Shown here: positions 59,738-64,000 of the stretch, piece after piece
Layout of the letters: the number at the start of each line of letters is the position of its first letter
How positions within the stretch are numbered: position 1 is the first letter of the stretch
DNA from: Paracoccaceae bacterium
GTDB lineage: Bacteria; Pseudomonadota; Alphaproteobacteria; Rhodobacterales; Rhodobacteraceae
DNA length: 64,000 bases
Assembly: GCA_902606585.1 (NCBI GenBank)
Contig: CACLGX010000002.1
Span: forward strand, 20,241-84,240
Direction: 5' to 3'
The notes under the pieces: model-generated
Seen by the model: only the letters and a program-made list of their open reading frames with translations
The model's database searches: none
What the model was told of the DNA's origin: nothing
Position numbers and translations under genes: made by a program

Positions 59738-60553
59738 ATGAATTTAGATGACATTAAGGCGCGAGGCCTTATCCTCATCGGTTGTGGTAGAATGGGTTCA
59801 GCAATGCTTGCTGGATGGTTGGATTCTGAGATACCTGCATCCAGTATTTGGATATCAGATCCACAACCTAGTGCTTGGCTAGCTACAACTGGAGTCAATT
59901 TAAATAAGAGTTTGCCTGAAAATCCGGCCGTTTGTTTAATTGCCGTGAAGCCACAAATTATCTTTGAGGCTGTTTCAAGTTTGAATGATTATAAACAGAG
60001 CGAAACATTATTTATCTCAATCGCAGCTGGAATAACGCTTAAACAATTAGAGCAGGCAATTTCTCCGGATAGTTCAATCATAAGAGCTATGCCGAATACT
60101 CCCTCAGCAGTCGGTAAAGGAATTACAGCGCTTATTGGTAATTCACGTGCCAAAAAGGAGCATATTTTAATTTCTAAAATTTTGTTGGAGAAAATAAGTG
60201 AGGTAGTTGAGCTGGAACATGAAGATCAGATGGATATAGTAACTGGGCTTTCTGGTTCAGGACCTGCATATGTTTTTTATTTAATTGAGTCTCTTACAAA
60301 CGCTGGAATTGAGCTAGGTCTCTCTAGAGAAAAAGCGTTACATTTAGCAAAAGCTACTGTAGCTGGTTCTGGAGCTTTGGCGATGAGTTCTACAGAAAAT
60401 CCAAGTGTACTGAGAGAAAATGTGACCAGTCCAAATGGTACAACACAAGCTGGCTTAGCAATTCTAATGGACAAAAAATATGGCTTGGGGCCTTTGATTA
60501 AAAATACTGTTGAAGCTGCTGCAAAAAGATCAAAAGAGCTAGGTAATGGATGA
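59738..60553 (+). CDS. proC: Pyrroline-5-carboxylate reductase
   Basis: GCGRMG, AVKPQ, RAMPNTP, SGSGPAY, VTSPNGTT. Confidence 0.96.
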   Translation: MNLDDIKARGLILIGCGRMGSAMLAGWLDSEIPASSIWISDPQPSAWLATTGVNLNKSLPENPAVCLIAVKPQIIFEAVSSLNDYKQSETLFISIAAGITLKQLEQAISPDSSIIRAMPNTPSAVGKGITALIGNSRAKKEHILISKILLEKISEVVELEHEDQMDIVTGLSGSGPAYVFYLIESLTNAGIELGLSREKALHLAKATVAGSGALAMSSTENPSVLRENVTSPNGTTQAGLAILMDKKYGLGPLIKNTVEAAAKRSKELGNG

Positions 60554-60884
60554 AATTAATTTTGAACATTTTCTTGCAGTCGATATTCGCGTTGGTACTG
60601 TTCGTCGGGCAGAAGAATTTCCCGAAGCACGGAGGCCAGCGGTTAAACTTTGGGTTGATTTTGGCCCAAAAATTGGAGAAAAAAAATCGTCAGCGCAGAT
60701 CACAGACCATTATGACTGCGATATTTTAGTGGGAAAGCAGGTGATGGGCGTTATTAATTTTCCACCAAGACAGATAGGCCCTTTTATGTCCGAAGTTTTA
60801 ATACTTGGTTTTATGGATACTAATGGATCAGTTATCTTGGCTGTCCCAGACAAACCGGCACCTAATGGATCTTCTTTATGTTAA
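60546..60884 (+). CDS. csaA: tRNA-binding protein CsaA
   Basis: DIRVGT, SSAQIT, NFPPRQIG..SEVLILG. Confidence 0.9.
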   Translation: MDEINFEHFLAVDIRVGTVRRAEEFPEARRPAVKLWVDFGPKIGEKKSSAQITDHYDCDILVGKQVMGVINFPPRQIGPFMSEVLILGFMDTNGSVILAVPDKPAPNGSSLC

Positions 60885-60893
60885 AAGTTTGTT

Positions 60894-61472
60894 TCAGTCG
60901 CCAATAGCTTCACGCCAGTGACGACGACATAATGAAATGTAAGTTTCATTTCCTCCTATTTGAATCTGAGCTCCATCTTTAATCACTGTTCCGTTTTCAT
61001 CCTGTCGTATCACCATAGTGGCTTTTTTACCGCAATGGCAAATGGTTTTAATTTCGCGCATCTCGTCTGCTAGAGCCAATAGCGCGGCGGATCCGGGAAA
61101 TAACTTGCCTTGAAAGTCTACCCTCAATCCATAGCACATTACTGGAACTTTCAAGTCATCAACTACACGTGCTAGTTGCCAGACTTGCTCCTCAGATAAA
61201 AATTGAGCTTCGTCTATAAAGACACAAGAGCAAGGTCCTTTTTCCAATCTAAACTCAATTTTTTGAAACATATTTTCTTTGTAATCAAAAGTATCGGCAT
61301 CGGATGCAATACCTATTCGTGATCCTATTTTTCCGTCGCCGGCTCTTTTGTCAAAGCCCGCTGTAATAAGATAGGTCTTCATTCCTCTCTCATGGTAATT
61401 GTGAGAGGCTTGAAGCAAAAGTGTAGATTTGCCAGCATTCATTGTGGAGTATAGAAAATACAACTTTGCCAT
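60894..61472 (-). CDS. tdk: Thymidine kinase
   Basis: MNAGKST, DEAQF, YGLRVDF, CHCG..YISLCR. Confidence 0.95.
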   Translation of the reverse strand: MAKLYFLYSTMNAGKSTLLLQASHNYHERGMKTYLITAGFDKRAGDGKIGSRIGIASDADTFDYKENMFQKIEFRLEKGPCSCVFIDEAQFLSEEQVWQLARVVDDLKVPVMCYGLRVDFQGKLFPGSAALLALADEMREIKTICHCGKKATMVIRQDENGTVIKDGAQIQIGGNETYISLCRRHWREAIGD

Positions 61473-61625
61473 AAATATCAGCAATGCAGCTAATATCTTA
61501 TTTTGACAAGATCAAAACTTAGGGTATCATCAAAAAGTTATGATCAATAAAATTTGCTTTTAATGTTAAATTTTCGAAATTATTTTTCAGTAGAAGTGAT
61601 TTTATTTTGAGTTAAGGCTCTTGAA

Positions 61626-62156
61626 TTAATTTCCTTCAAATTCGCATAAAATATGAGTAGATACACCCATTTGTTCCAGTTTTTTGCTTCCGCCCAAGTC
61701 TGGTAAGTTAACAATGAAAGAGCACCCCAAAATTTCTCCACCTAGTTTTTCTACTAAAGCTATGCCAGCTTCCGCTGTACCTCCAGTTGCAAGCAGATCA
61801 TCTACTATAAGGACTTTATCTCCGGCGGATAAAGCATCCTCATGTATCTCTAAGGTGGCTTTTCCGTATTCTAATTCATAATCTTGAGCTATTGTTTTAC
61901 TTGGAAGTTTTCCTTCTTTCCGGATTGGAATAAAACCACACTCCAATTCCTTAGCAATTGCTCCACCAATTATAAATCCCCTTGCCTCTAGACCTATAAC
62001 TTTATCAACGTTAGCCTTTTTGTAGGGTTCGGCGAGTCTATCTATACATTCCTGAAAGCCTTTAGCATCATCAAATAGAGTAGTCACATCCCTAAACATG
62101 ATACCTTCAATGGGAAAATCGGGAATTGTTCTTATAAGGTCTTTGATTGATGACAT
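61626..62156 (-). CDS. apt: Adenine phosphoribosyltransferase
   Basis: [36 protein letters not shown]. Confidence 0.96.
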   Translation of the reverse strand: MSSIKDLIRTIPDFPIEGIMFRDVTTLFDDAKGFQECIDRLAEPYKKANVDKVIGLEARGFIIGGAIAKELECGFIPIRKEGKLPSKTIAQDYELEYGKATLEIHEDALSAGDKVLIVDDLLATGGTAEAGIALVEKLGGEILGCSFIVNLPDLGGSKKLEQMGVSTHILCEFEGN

Positions 62157-62377
62157 GTCCAAAGCTTTCTGCTCATTAAGATGATTTAGATACCACATTT
62201 TCTGGCGCTTTGTCTTTTATTGAAATTCTAAACAGTGGTAAACTAGTAAGATACACTAAGTTAAGAAAAATCACTTCTATCTACTTATACCATTTTGAGT
62301 TTTGTGAAGCATATGGCTTTTAAATTTGTTTAATCTCAATTAGTGACACACTTAGATATTAATTGGAAACCCTATAG

Positions 62378-64000
62378 ATGAAACAAACACTTCTAAATGC
62401 TTTTGCCACATTGAACAAACCCGATTTGAATTTTATGAACGATGAAGGTTTAAGTATTTCTCGAGTTAGAACGGAGCTCTTGTCCGGGCTAACTGTTGCT
62501 TTAGCTTTGATTCCAGAAGCTGTAGCGTTTGCTTTTGTCGCTGGTGTGCATCCTTTGGTTGGATTATACGCGGCTTTTCTTGTGGGCTTGGTGACCGCAG
62601 TTTTGGGAGGGCGGCCAGGTATGATTTCTGGCGCTACCGGTGCACTGGCGGTAGTTATGGTGGCGCTAGTTGCGGAACATGGCGTGGAATATTTATTTGC
62701 CACTGTAGTTTTAATGGGAATTTTGCAAATTATTGCTGGAGTTATGCAATGGGGAAAGTTTATCCGTTTGGTTCCTCATCCAGTAATGTTAGGTTTTGTT
62801 AATGGACTAGCCATCGTCATATTTTTGGCCCAATTAACACAATTTAAAGTGCCTGGGACGACTGAAGTTTCTGGTCATGGTTCGTCAGGAGGCGAATGGC
62901 TCAGTGGTAGCTCCTTATATATGATGCTAGCTTTAGTGGTTCTGACAATGTTTATTATCTACGTTATGCCGCGCATTACGCGAATTGTCCCATCGCCTCT
63001 TGCTGGTATAGGCGTTGTAGCAGGCCTGGTGATTTTCTTTGGTTTAGATGTGCCTAGAGTTGGTGACATGGCTTCAATTCAAGGAACTTTGCCGCCGTTT
63101 CATATTCCATCTGTTCCATTAAACTGGGAAACTCTGGAAATTATATTTCCATATGCTGTTATTTTAGCGGCCATTGGCTTAATTGAAAGTCTTTTAACAC
63201 TTAATTTGGTAGGTGAAATGACAGGGAAAAGAGGAGGTGCGAGTCAGGAATGTATAGCCCAGGGACTTGCTAATACCGCAACTGGTTTTTTTGGTGGAAT
63301 GGGCGGATGCGCTATGATTGGTCAGTCTATGATCAATGTTAAGTCGGGTGGTAGAACGCGGATAGCTGGGATTGCTGCGGCACTTTTCCTTCTGATTTTT
63401 ATACTAGTTGGAGCTCCTATAATTGAGATGATTCCATTAGCGGCACTTGTTGGCGTTATGTTTATGGTCGTAATAGGAACCTTTGCCTGGAATTCTTTTA
63501 AAATCCTAAGAAGAGTTCCGTTTACAGACGCTTTTGTAACAATTCTAGTTACCATCGTTACAGTTATTTCAGATCTCGCGGTAGCAGTAATCGTTGGTGT
63601 AATTGTTTCAGCTTTAGCTTATGCTTGGAATAACGCCAGGAGAATTCACGCCCATACCGAAATTTCGGAGACTGGCGCCAAAATTTATCGTATTCAAGGA
63701 CCTTTATTTTTTGGCTCTTCTGACGGGTTTTTAGAGTTATTTGATGTTCCAAATGACCCTAATGAAGTCATTATTGAGTTTTCAGATAGCCGAGTAGTGG
63801 ATCAATCTGCGCTGCAGGCAATAGAGGCTGTAGCTGGTAAATATGAACTTGCTAATAAACGTATTCAACTTAGACATCTCAGCCGCGACTGCCATAGCTT
63901 GCTGACAAAAGCTGGCCATCTAGTCATAGATAGTGATGACGATCCAGATTATGCTCTTGCTGTGAACTATTCAGTCAAAACTGGTATTTTAGATGGTGGA
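62378..64000 (+). CDS. SulP/SLC26 anion transporter with STAS domain, running off the right edge (absent from ORF track)
   Basis: ATG at 62378; ELLSGLTVALALIPEAVAF, GGRPGMISGATGA, GGCAMIGQS, GPLFFGS, DSRVVDQSA; no stop seen before the window end. Confidence 0.92.
   Translation, partial: MKQTLLNAFATLNKPDLNFMNDEGLSISRVRTELLSGLTVALALIPEAVAFAFVAGVHPLVGLYAAFLVGLVTAVLGGRPGMISGATGALAVVMVALVAEHGVEYLFATVVLMGILQIIAGVMQWGKFIRLVPHPVMLGFVNGLAIVIFLAQLTQFKVPGTTEVSGHGSSGGEWLSGSSLYMMLALVVLTMFIIYVMPRITRIVPSPLAGIGVVAGLVIFFGLDVPRVGDMASIQGTLPPFHIPSVPLNWETLEIIFPYAVILAAIGLIESLLTLNLVGEMTGKRGGASQECIAQGLANTATGFFGGMGGCAMIGQSMINVKSGGRTRIAGIAAALFLLIFILVGAPIIEMIPLAALVGVMFMVVIGTFAWNSFKILRRVPFTDAFVTILVTIVTVISDLAVAVIVGVIVSALAYAWNNARRIHAHTEISETGAKIYRIQGPLFFGSSDGFLELFDVPNDPNEVIIEFSDSRVVDQSALQAIEAVAGKYELANKRIQLRHLSRDCHSLLTKAGHLVIDSDDDPDYALAVNYSVKTGILDGG

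Overview
AT-rich, gene-dense chromosomal segment of an alphaproteobacterium. Gene content and order point to a streamlined marine Rhodobacteraceae/Roseobacter-group genome (inference). It is mostly housekeeping: phaAB, rpsD, hisC-tyrC, tRNA-Thr(GGT), murA-hisD, tsaB/nfuA/trpS, murJ-glnD, rsmI-gshB, rpoH2, coaBC-dut-moeB-dcp, groESL, purEK, trxB, lgt, proC, tdk, apt and a SulP transporter running off the right end. The catabolic block at 15.0-26.2 kb holds an alpha-glucoside ABC operon with a GH13 glucosidase, directly next to a sulfoquinovose monooxygenase (sulfo-SMO) cluster that uses a GH188-type NAD+-dependent sulfoquinovosidase and has no SmoF-type transporter of its own. Signals not in the ORF track: an interleaved two-helix (pseudoknot/switch-like) leader ahead of the BMP nucleoside ABC operon, a structured rpsD leader, two decayed gene remnants in intergenic DNA (TIGR02186-like and universal-stress-protein-like), a C8-tract frameshift in moeB, a symmetric CIRCE variant, candidate Irr/ICE, LacI, PhaR, NrdR, RpoE and RpoH sites, and a 48-aa ORF before murA. 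No integrase, transposase, prophage or CRISPR array was seen. All family assignments come from motif recognition by eye, not from database searches.
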